NCBI GenBank assembly: GCA_046754465.1
Contig: JBHHVU010000034.1
Coordinates: 1 to 33,339, forward strand
Source of the DNA: Nitrospinaceae bacterium
GTDB taxonomy: Bacteria > Nitrospinota > Nitrospinia > Nitrospinales > VA-1
Reading direction: 5' to 3'
Length of the DNA stretch: 33,339 bases
In this document: positions 17,426-27,014 of the stretch, one piece after another
Position numbering within the stretch: position 1 is the stretch's first letter
How the letters are laid out: each line of letters starts with the position of its first letter
The notes under the pieces: model-generated
What the model saw: only the letters and a program-made list of their open reading frames with translations
What the model was told of the DNA's origin: nothing
Databases searched by the model: none
Translations under genes and position numbers: made by a program

Positions 17426-18190
17426 TTATCGGCCGATGCCCAGTTCGACCGTCCCACTCTGGTAGGTAAAGATGGCTTTGTTGGGGTGAATGGATTGCAA
17501 GGTGGCGCCTTGGGCGGTGTCCCCCACTTTGAGTTTCCTGTTTTTCAGGGCGGGCGTGGATACCAGGATGTAATTGGAGGGGCTGTCGGAAGCGAAGAAA
17601 ATAATTCCCTTAACCTTCAGGCCGGAGATGGAACCATACCGGTTCTCCGCAAAAGAGGACCCTGATGCCTCCCGGTCCTGTAATGCGGATTGCGTGGCAT
17701 TTTTTATCAGTGCATCGATTTCCTGGATTTTCCCGGATGCTTCGGGCGGGTCTTCCGTGTTGTTCGCGGGTGCGGGTTCCGGGGGATGGGGCGGGTTTTC
17801 GTCGGCGGGAAAATAGTTGCCCTCGTTGAAGATGTCGAAATCGGTTGGGGGGGTGTCGGCAATGTTCGCCAGCGGGATGCCGGAATAGGACGGTAAACCG
17901 GACCGGGGTGAAACGGGGGCAGCCGCCTGATGTGAGTTCACTGACCCGGGCCTTTGGGCCTCCACTCTTCCTCTATCATCTGGTTGAGAAATCATCCACC
18001 CCCAGGTTCCCAGAAAAACCCCACCGAAGACCAGACCGGCCACCAGACCGATCCTGTGAAGCGATTTTTTGTCCCGGCAGGGATGCAACCGGTTCTCGCC
18101 TTGCAGGACCAGGCTTTTCAGGTCGATGCTTTTTTCGAGAACGCTCTTCTCCTCTTCCAGTTTTTTCAGAGTATTGAGAATGGTGCTCAT
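17426..18190 (-). CDS. ExeB/GspB-like type II secretion accessory protein
   Basis: N-terminal MSTILNTLKKLEEE resembles the GspB start. It is followed by a single TM helix, a Pro-rich linker and a C-terminal LKVKGIIF...LKVGD domain. Coupled to exeA by a 4-nt overlap. Confidence 0.65.
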   Translation of the reverse strand: MSTILNTLKKLEEEKSVLEKSIDLKSLVLQGENRLHPCRDKKSLHRIGLVAGLVFGGVFLGTWGWMISQPDDRGRVEAQRPGSVNSHQAAAPVSPRSGLPSYSGIPLANIADTPPTDFDIFNEGNYFPADENPPHPPEPAPANNTEDPPEASGKIQEIDALIKNATQSALQDREASGSSFAENRYGSISGLKVKGIIFFASDSPSNYILVSTPALKNRKLKVGDTAQGATLQSIHPNKAIFTYQSGTVELGIGR

Positions 18191-20283
18191 GGCTCGACGA
18201 GTTTGGGTGTGGGATAAATGTTCAAAATATTATAGAGCAGCATTTTGCTGTTGGAGGAAAACCTCCCGTCGTCCTTGATGTTGTTTTTTCTCTGAAACTG
18301 GAGGACCGCCCGCTCGGTTCTCTCCCCGAAATAGGGGGCTTCCAGCCCTTGGAAGTAGCCCAGCAGACGCAGGTTTTTCTGCAGCCAGATGGCTTCCTTG
18401 CCATTGAATCCTCTCCCCAATTTTTCGGGAAGCATCTCAAAATCCTTCCAGAATATGATGGCCTTCCGGGTCCACAGCGGATTGATGGTTTTCAGCGGCA
18501 TTTCAATTTGGTCGACGGAACCGAATACTCCCCGGTCACCATGAATAGAGATCAGGGCCAGATATTTGGTCCCCTGGGCATAAGGCAGGTTCATCTCCAG
18601 AAGGGCCGGATAATTGAGCGTGGTCAACCGCTTGAAATTTCCACTCAGTTCGAACTGGGCCAGGTCGAATTCCTCCTGGAGGTTATTGAGCGCCCATTCG
18701 TCGATCCCCTGGATTTCAATAGGATCGAATCCCCAGCTTTTGAGGATCCATTTGGCGGCTTCGATCTTGCTTTCTTTCAGCGAAAGGCTGGAAAGGTAGG
18801 TCACGAGTTTTTCGGGTTTGGAGACGGAGAGGGGAACGGGACCATTGATCTTCCGCCGTGGGGTGACCGGGGTCTCTTCCACCGCGGCCGGGTTCTCTTC
18901 CGGAATGGGCGGCGCGAGGGAGGCCGGCGTCATGGTTTGTTTCTCGATCAACCGTCCTGGGGCGGCGAGATCGATGGGGTTTGCCTGGATGAGGTCCGGG
19001 ATATCTCTGCCCCGGTCGGCATTTGCTCGTGAATTCGGCTGGGTAAAATCTATGAAGATAAAAATCAGGAGTGCGAAGACGGCGCCCGCGGGCAACCCGA
19101 TCTTCCAAAGAAGGTCTTTCCAGTTCGTGGCCCTTCGCAGTCCGCCGATATCCTTGACCGCCTGGCGGACGATGGTTCCGGTGATCTTGCGTGTATTGCG
19201 GGTGTAGCCGATCATCAGGGTGCGGTCGGCGATGACGTTGATCATCCGGGGGATCCCCTTGGAATACCGGTAAATCCAGTCCGCCGCCGCGCGGGTGAAG
19301 AGGACTTTTCCGCGCCCCAGGGCGACGTTCAGGCGATGCTGAATATAGCCGCGGGTTTCTTCCTGGTTCAGGGGAAGCAGTTCCCACTGGATGGTGATGC
19401 GCTGGTTCAACTGGCGCAGGTCTTCATGGGAGAGCAGTTTGTTCAATTCCGGTTGACCGATCAGAACGATCTGGATCAGTTTCTCGGTCTCGGTTTCCAG
19501 GTTGGAAAGCAGGCGCAACTGCTCCAACACGCCGGGCAGGAGGTCTTGTGCTTCATCGATGATGACCACCACCCGGTTACCCTTTTTCCTTTCCTCGAGG
19601 AGAAACCGGTTGAGGATATCGGTCAGTTTTTTCTTGCTGGGGCTTTCGGAGGGCAAACCCAACTCGGCGTTGATGGTTTGCAGCAGTTCGAGCTCGTCGA
19701 TACCGGGATTGAAGATGTAGGCGATATTGAAATCGCTGTGCAACTCCCTGAGGAAACTGCGGCAGATCATGGTTTTCCCCGTCCCCACTTCGCCGATGAT
19801 TTTCAGGAACCCGTTATTATCCTGCAATCCATAAATAAGATGGGCCAAAACCTCCTTGTGTTTGGGGCTCAGGTAAAGGTATTTGGGATCGGGGGTCAGG
19901 TCAAAGGGCTTTTCGGAGAACCCAAAATAATCCCGGTAGATGTCGTGAGGTTTTTTCTGGATTCCGGCCCGGATTTCTTCCGCCAGGCCGGGAGGCATCT
20001 GGATGTGAAGGAACCGGGCAGGGGTGGGTTTTTTTTGTTTTTGACTCAAGATGCCGCGGTCGTGGGCATCCCGCTTTTCCCTATTGGACAGCGTATCGTA
20101 GGCTTCCTGCAGCAGGGCGATCTTTTCATTCAATAAATCCTGGATCCTGGGAGAACTTTGGACGCGGGGTGAATCCAGGCGGCCGATCAACCTTTGGTAG
20201 GCGTGGTCGATCTCCGGTTGGGTCGCGTCGGAACGGATTCCTAGAACGTGATAGAAATCCCGTTGTTGAACACTACCAATCAT
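18187..20283 (-). CDS. exeA: ExeA/GspA-family AAA ATPase with an N-terminal J-domain-like module and a C-terminal peptidoglycan-binding domain
   Basis: YFGFSEKPFDLTPDP, GEVGTGKT, IIDEAQ, LRLLSNLET, LIGQPEL, GIPRMIN; a TM helix; FGERTERAVLQFQRKNNIKDDG (PG-binding-1). N-terminus DFYHVLGI...EAYDTLSNREKRDAHD. Confidence 0.88.
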   Translation of the reverse strand: MIGSVQQRDFYHVLGIRSDATQPEIDHAYQRLIGRLDSPRVQSSPRIQDLLNEKIALLQEAYDTLSNREKRDAHDRGILSQKQKKPTPARFLHIQMPPGLAEEIRAGIQKKPHDIYRDYFGFSEKPFDLTPDPKYLYLSPKHKEVLAHLIYGLQDNNGFLKIIGEVGTGKTMICRSFLRELHSDFNIAYIFNPGIDELELLQTINAELGLPSESPSKKKLTDILNRFLLEERKKGNRVVVIIDEAQDLLPGVLEQLRLLSNLETETEKLIQIVLIGQPELNKLLSHEDLRQLNQRITIQWELLPLNQEETRGYIQHRLNVALGRGKVLFTRAAADWIYRYSKGIPRMINVIADRTLMIGYTRNTRKITGTIVRQAVKDIGGLRRATNWKDLLWKIGLPAGAVFALLIFIFIDFTQPNSRANADRGRDIPDLIQANPIDLAAPGRLIEKQTMTPASLAPPIPEENPAAVEETPVTPRRKINGPVPLSVSKPEKLVTYLSSLSLKESKIEAAKWILKSWGFDPIEIQGIDEWALNNLQEEFDLAQFELSGNFKRLTTLNYPALLEMNLPYAQGTKYLALISIHGDRGVFGSVDQIEMPLKTINPLWTRKAIIFWKDFEMLPEKLGRGFNGKEAIWLQKNLRLLGYFQGLEAPYFGERTERAVLQFQRKNNIKDDGRFSSNSKMLLYNILNIYPTPKLVEP

Positions 20284-20436
20284 GGTCCCCCTCACGACGG
20301 GTCAAGTTCCTAAGGTGTTGAATATAAGTAGATTAACACGGATATTTAAAAAAAGCAAAGGGCATGGGTCGAGAATTCCCGGGGTGATGTGATATTATAA
20401 TTTTATTCTCAACCAATCCAGTAAAAAGTGACCCGA

Positions 20437-20631
20437 ATGTTTCCGGCTTCCACGAATTCCCGGCGGTGCCCCACTTGTAAAAAACCTGTGAAGGAACAGG
20501 GAACGCCTTTTTTCCCATTCTGTTGCGAGCGTTGCAAGCTCATCGATCTGGGCGCCTGGCTGGATGGAAAATTTATCATCGAGGGTGACCGGATTTCCCC
20601 CGATGCGGGGCACCCGCCGGAAGAGGAATGA
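20437..20631 (+). CDS. yacG: DNA gyrase inhibitor YacG
   Basis: CPTCKK...[25 protein letters not shown] zinc-finger signature. Confidence 0.93.
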   Translation: MFPASTNSRRCPTCKKPVKEQGTPFFPFCCERCKLIDLGAWLDGKFIIEGDRISPDAGHPPEEE

Positions 20632-21619
20632 TAATTTTGACCCATCCAGTTTTACGGGAGCTTCTCTCTTGAAACCTTGAAAAATGTTTTCGGACTTCGA
20701 TGGTGTAGGCCAAAACGAAAACCGATAATACTACCTCAAGTAACTCGTTCCTGAAAGGTCCTTCCGCAAAAATGGGAACCACTAAAATCAGGGAGGCGTA
20801 AAAATATTCCTTGGCTGGGATAAAGGCACGCGCGGGAAGAGACTTTATTTTCTCCCTCAGCACGGGGAGAATGAATAGCAGCATGGATAAAAAAATGGCG
20901 AAAATACGTTCCGCATTGCCCAGAAGCGGATTGAAAAAGTTATGCACATTTGTTTCCTTCTGGAAATTTATTGCGGCGATGGGATCGGGAGTTTGCCACC
21001 CAAATAAACGCTGGCCCCAACTGATTTCTTCAAGGAACAAAAGCCAACATAAGAATCCCCCCAGAAAAAGGATCGAGGAAATTTTACAATCCATCTTTTC
21101 TTGAATCGCGATTTTCCCTGCCTGAAAAGCATGAATCCCCGCCAATAAAAAAAGGAGGGCCGTCAAGGACTCGAGCAGACCATCCTCCGCGTACAAAATG
21201 CCCTCCAGCGTCGTTGGAATTTCCTCAAACGAAAAAAATAGTTTAACTGCTTGTTCGGAGGGCTGCACCAGGATAAATACGAGGATCAAGGCCAAGGCGA
21301 AAATAACGTATTTCCTTAAGTTATTTAAGGGGATGCCCGATTTGAGATCGAAGAACCTGATATTGAAAATGCAGAAACAGATCAGCCATAAGTTGAAAAT
21401 TATCAACACATTATTATAATAATCCGTGTTGCTGATTTTTCCGTCCGGCGAAAAATATTTCTCATAGAAATCCATGACCAGGGGTTGATTCAATATTCCA
21501 GAGTATTCAGCGAGCGCGAGGATTAATTGAAGGGCGGCAAGGAATGCAGCCACACTGAAAATTTGCACGCCCAGGGACGGTCTGATTTTATGAAAGGTTT
21601 GGATTCTATTGAAAATCAT
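20576..21619 (-). CDS. Polytopic membrane protein of unknown function
   Basis: Multiple TM helices; conserved-looking [25 protein letters not shown] and QKETNVHN motifs. Visibly more AT-rich than its neighbours. Start is ATG 21619 or TTG 21634. Confidence 0.75.
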   Translation of the reverse strand: MIFNRIQTFHKIRPSLGVQIFSVAAFLAALQLILALAEYSGILNQPLVMDFYEKYFSPDGKISNTDYYNNVLIIFNLWLICFCIFNIRFFDLKSGIPLNNLRKYVIFALALILVFILVQPSEQAVKLFFSFEEIPTTLEGILYAEDGLLESLTALLFLLAGIHAFQAGKIAIQEKMDCKISSILFLGGFLCWLLFLEEISWGQRLFGWQTPDPIAAINFQKETNVHNFFNPLLGNAERIFAIFLSMLLFILPVLREKIKSLPARAFIPAKEYFYASLILVVPIFAEGPFRNELLEVVLSVFVLAYTIEVRKHFSRFQERSSRKTGWVKIIIPLPAGAPHRGKSGHPR

Positions 21620-21700
21620 TTTTCCAAGAATCAAAAAATGTGAAATTTCCCGGCCTGAGTGGGATCGATTATTTCACCTGCCGGGGAAACCCAATAAAAC

Positions 21701-22828
21701 CTAGGACCCCGTCTGCGTGGGAAGATCGATTTTTCTCATCAGCACTTCCAGCATTTGGGAATCATACAAAAGAATGGCCAAATCGGTGAGGCCATCCCGA
21801 TTAAAATCGGCCCCGGTAATGGCCCTGGGGTTTCTGCCCACGGGATAATTAAAATGCGGCCACACGAAGGTTCCGTCCCCCTTGCCCTCCAGGATCGAAA
21901 TCGAGTTGTCTCTGCGGTTGCAAACCACGAGATCGGGAATCCGGTCGCTGGTAAATTCACCCGCCACAATATGTTCCGGGCCCTTTTCCCCCGCGACATC
22001 CTGAACCGCCCGGAACGATCCCTTGCCATTCCCCAAATAGAGGGTGACACTGTCTTTCATGGTACTGGAGGTAATCAGGTCCAGAACACCATCTTTATTG
22101 ATATCGTATTGGGTGATGAAGGAGGATTGATGGCCCCCCTTGACTTGTTTGGGATTCTGGAAGGTGCCATCGCCATTGCCGAAAAAGATCCGGATAAAAT
22201 TCACCTTCATGGCATTGAACGCGATGGCGAGATCGAGGTTGTGGTCGCCATTGTAATCGCCGGCGGCCATGTTGGCTGGTGTGCCCGAGGCTTTATAGGC
22301 CTCCGCCAGTTTAAAGGTTCCGTCCCCAACCCCCAAAAGGATGATCATCTTGTCGAACCGCAGGGTGACGGCGAGATCAATTTTTTCGTCGTTGTTGAAA
22401 TCACCGGTGGCGATGGCGATAGGCAGCCTGCCGACCTTCACATTGGCTTTCAATTTAAAGAGACCGTCTTTTTGCCCCAGGATGATGGAGACATCACCAT
22501 CCCCATAGTTGCAGATGGCGATGTCCGGCGTCCCGTCCCCATTGAAATCGCCCACATCCATCGCCACAGGTTCCCGGCCCGTGCTCAGGCTGAGAGGGTC
22601 CTTAAACGTTCCATTGCCAATGCCTTCTAGATAATTCAGTGTGTTATCCCCGGAATTGGTGACCAGCAGGTCGTGGTAACCATCCCGGTTCATGTCGTAG
22701 GCGATGACGGCGGCGGGTTTTTTCCCCACCGGATAGGTTACCGGTAACTCGAACAGGTCGGGCGCGGGTTTCTCTAGGCCGCAGCCCAGAACCATTCCCA
22801 GCAATACGATCAGAAAATGTTTCTTCAC
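21701..22828 (-). CDS. FG-GAP/VCBS-repeat beta-propeller lipoprotein
   Basis: Seven DxNxDGxxD-type repeats, most followed by a GxGDGTF-like segment. GTG start at 22828 behind GGAGG; signal peptide KKHFLIVLLGMVLG-C (lipobox). Confidence 0.85.
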   Translation of the reverse strand: MKKHFLIVLLGMVLGCGLEKPAPDLFELPVTYPVGKKPAAVIAYDMNRDGYHDLLVTNSGDNTLNYLEGIGNGTFKDPLSLSTGREPVAMDVGDFNGDGTPDIAICNYGDGDVSIILGQKDGLFKLKANVKVGRLPIAIATGDFNNDEKIDLAVTLRFDKMIILLGVGDGTFKLAEAYKASGTPANMAAGDYNGDHNLDLAIAFNAMKVNFIRIFFGNGDGTFQNPKQVKGGHQSSFITQYDINKDGVLDLITSSTMKDSVTLYLGNGKGSFRAVQDVAGEKGPEHIVAGEFTSDRIPDLVVCNRRDNSISILEGKGDGTFVWPHFNYPVGRNPRAITGADFNRDGLTDLAILLYDSQMLEVLMRKIDLPTQTGS

Positions 22829-22840
22829 AAAGCGCCTCCA

Positions 22841-23099
22841 GGGGAGTCCCTCCCCAGGCAGTTTGGGCATACCTTTTGTCTCCCTCCTCCGTGGGGGGTG
22901 GTGGACCGGGGAGTACCTCCCCTGATAGTTGGAACAGGTGTTATATGGCAGACCGGGCTCGATTGGCGATGATGCCATGACCTGTCCCCTCTCCCGTGGG
23001 GGGTGTGGCGAACAAAGGCCGATTTGGCGATTTAGATTGACCCATCTCCCTCCCGCGTGGCGGGGGCGATGATGCCATGACCTGTCCCCTCTCCCGTGG
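22841..23099 (+). repeat. Tandem cluster of dispersed-element modules
   Basis: Hairpin GGGGAG-TCC-CTCCCC plus GCAGTTTGGGCATACC (22841-22873). The 35-mer GGCGATGATGCCATGACCTGTCCCCTCTCCCGTGG occurs exactly at 22965-22999 and 23065-23099, with a degenerate 35-mer at 23026-23060. Confidence 0.85.
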
Positions 23100-23203
23100 T
23101 GGTGGTGGGGGGACCCATTCAAAACGATATTTTGATTATGAATTTAACGGTTATACCCCATGGCCCCCATCTTGTAAAGCCCTGCTCCGAAAGGCGAATG
23201 GAC

Positions 23204-23231
23204 TTGACACGGCGTGCGGCAATGTTACAAT
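23204..23231 (+). promoter_or_regulatory. Sigma-70 promoter of the LysM/M23-apt unit
   Basis: TTGACA (23204-23209), 16 nt spacer, TACAAT (23226-23231) with an extended TG; about 30 nt before ATG 23261. Confidence 0.6.
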
Positions 23232-23260
23232 TTTTCAAACAGTTACTGGGCGATCAAACC

Positions 23261-23992
23261 ATGGCCGGAAAGGTTCACCCAAAGTTTTTTCCAAAAATAC
23301 TATTACTTCTTCTTCCCACCCTGATCCTTTGGGGTTGCCAGGGCTTGCCCGCGGCCAAACCCTCTGCTTCGGGTGCGGGCGTATTTCATAGAGTCCAGCC
23401 AGGGCAAACGCTTTACAGCATTGCCAAGGCCTACGGCCTCAGGGTTCAAACCCTGATTCGGATCAATAAAATTCGCGATCCCTTGAACGTTTTCGTAGGC
23501 AGACGATTATGGATTCCCGGAGCCCACCGGGTCCTTTACGTTCCCCCCACGGACAAAGCCTATGTCACCGTCCCGAAGAAAAAAAAGCGATCGGTCCGCC
23601 GGCCACGGGTTAAAAATTTCCTGCAATGGCCGGTCCGGGGAACCGTGACTTCCACCTTTGGCCGCCGGAACGGACGTCATCACGAGGGCATCGATATCGC
23701 CGCTCCCCGGGGAACCCCTATTGTTGCCGCCGCCGCGGGAAAAGTGGTGTTTAGCGATTGGGGACCGACGGGATATGGATTGATGGTCATCATCAAACAC
23801 CAAAAGCACCTCACCACCGTCTACGCCCACAACTCCAAGAACTGGGTGAGAAAAAATTCATGGGTCAAGAAAGGACAGAAAATTGCTTCCATCGGAAGTA
23901 CCGGGCGTTCCACCGGACCCCATCTGCACTTTGAAGTGAGGAACGATGCCCACTCCAGAAATCCCTTGAAATATCTTTCCGCCAGAAGATAA
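23261..23992 (+). CDS. LysM + M23 peptidase lipoprotein (NlpD-like)
   Basis: Lipobox LWG-C; LysM HRVQPGQTLYSIAKAYG; M23 Zn motifs HEGID, YAHN and TGPHLHFEVR are intact. Confidence 0.92.
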   Translation: MAGKVHPKFFPKILLLLLPTLILWGCQGLPAAKPSASGAGVFHRVQPGQTLYSIAKAYGLRVQTLIRINKIRDPLNVFVGRRLWIPGAHRVLYVPPTDKAYVTVPKKKKRSVRRPRVKNFLQWPVRGTVTSTFGRRNGRHHEGIDIAAPRGTPIVAAAAGKVVFSDWGPTGYGLMVIIKHQKHLTTVYAHNSKNWVRKNSWVKKGQKIASIGSTGRSTGPHLHFEVRNDAHSRNPLKYLSARR

Positions 23993-24067
23993 TCTTCCCT
24001 TTGGACCGTATCCGTAGTAAAACCCAAACTCATTTTCAGGATATTTTTCGCATGAAAGGCGGCCGCA

Positions 24068-24586
24068 ATGGACGAACTGAAAGCAAGCATCCGGGATATT
24101 CCAGACTTTCCCAAAAAAGGCATCCTGTTCAAAGACATCACCCCCCTGTTGGCGGACAGGGCGGTCTTCGTGAAAACCATCGATACCTTGAAAGACCGGT
24201 ACAGCGGCAAAGGTATTGACGTGGTGGTGGGGATCGAGGCGCGGGGATTCATTTTTGCCGCGGCCCTGGCCTATGCCCTGGGGGCGGGAACCGTGGTGGT
24301 CAGGAAACCGGGAAAGCTGCCCTACAAAACTTTCAAACAGTCCTATGCCCTGGAATATGGAACCGATGCGGTTGAGATCCACCAGGACGCCTTGCAAAAC
24401 GGACAAAAAATCGTTCTCATCGACGATGTCCTGGCGACCGGGGGGACCGTTTCCGCCACCCTCGGCCTCATTCAGTCCAATTTTCGAGTGGAGCTGGTCG
24501 AGGTGGCGTTCCTCATCGAACTCGATTTCCTGAAAGGCCGGGAAAAATTAAAAGATCAACCGATCCATTCCCTGATCCACTATTGA
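24068..24586 (+). CDS. apt: Adenine phosphoribosyltransferase
   Basis: IPDFPKKGILFKDITP, GIEARGF, RKPGKLP, LEYG; PRPP motif LIDDVLATGGT. Confidence 0.97.
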   Translation: MDELKASIRDIPDFPKKGILFKDITPLLADRAVFVKTIDTLKDRYSGKGIDVVVGIEARGFIFAAALAYALGAGTVVVRKPGKLPYKTFKQSYALEYGTDAVEIHQDALQNGQKIVLIDDVLATGGTVSATLGLIQSNFRVELVEVAFLIELDFLKGREKLKDQPIHSLIHY

Positions 24587-24679
24587 GCCGAGAACCTCGG
24601 CGGGTGATTTGTCATACTTTATAGGGCGGACGAAGATCGACTGGCGAGGATGCCATGACCCATTCCCCTGCGAGCGTGG
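24587..24679 (+). repeat. Dispersed repeat element, copy B
   Basis: Hairpin GCCGAG-AAC-CTCGGC, then GG-GTGATTTGTCATACTTTATAGGGCGGACGAAGATCGACTGGCGAGGATGCCATGACCCATTCCCCTG. Confidence 0.85.
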
Positions 24680-24683
24680 CTCG

Positions 24684-24899
24684 CTACAAACGGGTCAGGG
24701 GGATTTCCTGGGAAAGGCCTTCGAGGAGTTGCCGGGTGTCGTCGAGAAAATCGGGCGAGATCATGAGTTCGAGCCACCCACGGGTGTTATCGATCGTGCG
24801 CACCACCGCCAGGAAGTCATAACCTTCCAACACGCTGACTATGTAGGCGATGTCTTTCTTATCCACCTCGATCCGCCATTGAACCGTGTCGGTGGGCAT
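24684..24899 (-). CDS. DUF4911-family small protein
   Basis: VDKKDIAYIVSVLEGYDFLAVVRTID pattern; 1-nt overlap with the mnmG stop. Confidence 0.75.
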   Translation of the reverse strand: MPTDTVQWRIEVDKKDIAYIVSVLEGYDFLAVVRTIDNTRGWLELMISPDFLDDTRQLLEGLSQEIPLTRL

Positions 24900-26827
24900 C
24901 AGGACTCTGCTCTGGAGGATTCCGGGGCAACGGGTTCCTTTCCCGCTTCACGCTTCGGCGGGTTTTCCCCGGAGCGGGACCGTTGTTCCAGCAACAGCAT
25001 CAAGATGGTAATGGCGGAGGGGGTGACGCCGGAGATGCGGGATGCCTGGCCCAGGGTGACGGGCCGGATCTCCGTCAGTTTCTGTTCCACTTCGCGGGAA
25101 AGGCCGGGAAGGCCCTGGTACGAAAAATCCGGTGGAATCTCCACGGTCTCCAGTTTCTTCTGTTTCTGAATCATTTGGTTTTGCCGGAGGATGAAGCCCT
25201 CGTACTTGATCTGGATTTCCACCTGCTCGCCCACCAGTTTCGGCAGCGAAGCGCCGTTGAAGGCACCGATCAAACGCTCGTAACTGATCTCTGGCCGTTT
25301 GAGCAATCCGCTCAAGGTGGTCGGATTTTTCAATTCCCGGATGCCGAGAGCCGCCAAACGGGAAAGGTCCCGCGGGTTGGGTGCCACGCGGGTCTGGGAC
25401 AACCTGTGAATTTCGTTCTCCACGGCGGCGTATTTTTCCCGGCAGAGTTCGTGATCTTCGTGGGAGACGAGTCCCAGAGCGAAACCTTTGTGCATCAGGC
25501 GGGCGTCGGCATTGTCCTGCCTGAGAAGTAGCCGGTATTCGGCCCGGGAGGTGAACATGCGGTACGGTTCCTGGGTGCCCCTGGTCACGAGGTCATCGAT
25601 CAGGACGCCGATATAACTTTCCATGCGGGTCAAAATGAAGGGGGATTGCCCCCGAACCTTCACCGCCGCGTTGATTCCCGCCACCAGGCCTTGCCCCGCC
25701 GCCTCCTCGTATCCCGAGGTTCCATTGATCTGCCCAGCGTGGTAAAGGCCCTTCACCCGCTTGGTCTCCAGCGTGGGCAGCAATTGCGTCGGCGGCACGA
25801 AATCGTATTCCACCGCGTAACCGGGGCGGACGATTTGAGCCTCTTCCAATCCCGGAATGGTGCGTACCAGCTCCCATTGGACTTCCTCGGCCAGGCTGGT
25901 GGAAATGCCGTTGGGATACACCCAGTCCGTATGGAGCCCTTCCGGTTCCAGAAAGATGTTGTGCGAGAGCTTGTCCGGAAATTTAACGACCTTGTCCTCT
26001 ATGGAAGGACAGTAACGCGGGCCGATCCCCTCGATGATGCCGCTGTACAGGGGGGAGAGGTGCATGTTTTTCCGGATCACCTCCGCCGTGCGTTCGTTGG
26101 TGGCGGTGATATGACAGGGTACTTGGTCCCGGCCGATGGAGGCGGTGGAAAACGAAAACGGTTTGGGGTCCGGGTCCCCCTCCTGGAGGATACATTGGCT
26201 GAAATCGATGGAGTCCCGGAGAAGCCGCGGTGGGGTTCCGGTCTTCAGCCGTCCCAAATCGAATCCGGCGGCAAGGAAGGATTCCGACAACCGGGTAGAG
26301 GGTTTTTCCCCCACCCGTCCCGCGGGCCGGTTCTTCAATCCCACGTGAATGCGTCCGTTCAAAAAAGTTCCGGTAGTGATAACCACGGCTCCGGAGCGGA
26401 TTTCCACTTTTCCCTTGGTGCGAATGCCGAGAACCCGCCGGTCCTCGATCAATAATTCGTCGGCTTCCTCTTCCAGGAGGTCGAGTCCGGGCTGATTTTC
26501 AAGAACGCGCCGCATCTCTTCCTTGTAGAGAGCTTTGTCCGCCTGGGCACGGTATCCCTGGACCGCGGGTCCCTTGGACGAATTGAGCACGCGGAACTGG
26601 ATCCCGGTTTTATCGATGCAGCGGGCCATCTCCCCGCCCAGGGCGTCGATTTCGCGGACGATGTGTCCCTTTCCCACCCCGCCGATGGCGGGATTACAGG
26701 GCATGAGAGCGATCTTGTCTCGGTCGAGGGTGATCAGCACGGTGGAGCACCCTATCCGCGCGGCGGCCAGTGCCGCCTCGCATCCCGCGTGGCCCCCGCC
26801 GATCACGATTACGTCATAATGTTTCAT
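24899..26827 (-). CDS. mnmG: tRNA uridine-5-carboxymethylaminomethyl(34) synthesis enzyme MnmG (GidA)
   Basis: [69 protein letters not shown]. Confidence 0.98.
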   Translation of the reverse strand: MKHYDVIVIGGGHAGCEAALAAARIGCSTVLITLDRDKIALMPCNPAIGGVGKGHIVREIDALGGEMARCIDKTGIQFRVLNSSKGPAVQGYRAQADKALYKEEMRRVLENQPGLDLLEEEADELLIEDRRVLGIRTKGKVEIRSGAVVITTGTFLNGRIHVGLKNRPAGRVGEKPSTRLSESFLAAGFDLGRLKTGTPPRLLRDSIDFSQCILQEGDPDPKPFSFSTASIGRDQVPCHITATNERTAEVIRKNMHLSPLYSGIIEGIGPRYCPSIEDKVVKFPDKLSHNIFLEPEGLHTDWVYPNGISTSLAEEVQWELVRTIPGLEEAQIVRPGYAVEYDFVPPTQLLPTLETKRVKGLYHAGQINGTSGYEEAAGQGLVAGINAAVKVRGQSPFILTRMESYIGVLIDDLVTRGTQEPYRMFTSRAEYRLLLRQDNADARLMHKGFALGLVSHEDHELCREKYAAVENEIHRLSQTRVAPNPRDLSRLAALGIRELKNPTTLSGLLKRPEISYERLIGAFNGASLPKLVGEQVEIQIKYEGFILRQNQMIQKQKKLETVEIPPDFSYQGLPGLSREVEQKLTEIRPVTLGQASRISGVTPSAITILMLLLEQRSRSGENPPKREAGKEPVAPESSRAES

Positions 26828-26963
26828 AGGTGATGAAGAAATGATTGCGGAATTTTTGCCGAGGTTTCATCTTACAATACATCGCCCGTTTCCATGAAGG
26901 AAAATAAGAGGATCGATTGAGGAAGCGCCTTCACCCCCCGGGAGCCCCCGCGATCCGGAAGGA

Positions 26964-27001
26964 GGAAATTCCACCCCGGTTGCCGCTGGGGGGAAATTTC
27001 C
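26964..27001 (-). terminator. Possible terminator-like hairpin after the radical SAM gene
   Basis: Imperfect inverted repeat GGAAATTCCACCCC...GGGGGGAAATTTCC just past the stop at 27015; no clear U-tract. Confidence 0.3.
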
Positions 27002-27014
27002 GAACGAAAAGGAA

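Noticed and set aside
22965..23099. Possible mini CRISPR array (35-bp direct repeats)
   Set aside because: Only two exact copies. The intervening DNA contains a degenerate copy, leaving gaps of 26 and 4 nt. The same sequence is dispersed elsewhere, and no cas genes are present.
22829..23260. Long N-terminal extensions of the FG-GAP and LysM/M23 ORFs
   Set aside because: They translate repeat and promoter DNA; signal peptides indicate starts at 22828 and 23261.
26905..26945. Possible further degenerate copy of the dispersed element
   Set aside because: Only GATCGATTG and a C-run resemble it, which is too weak to call by eye.
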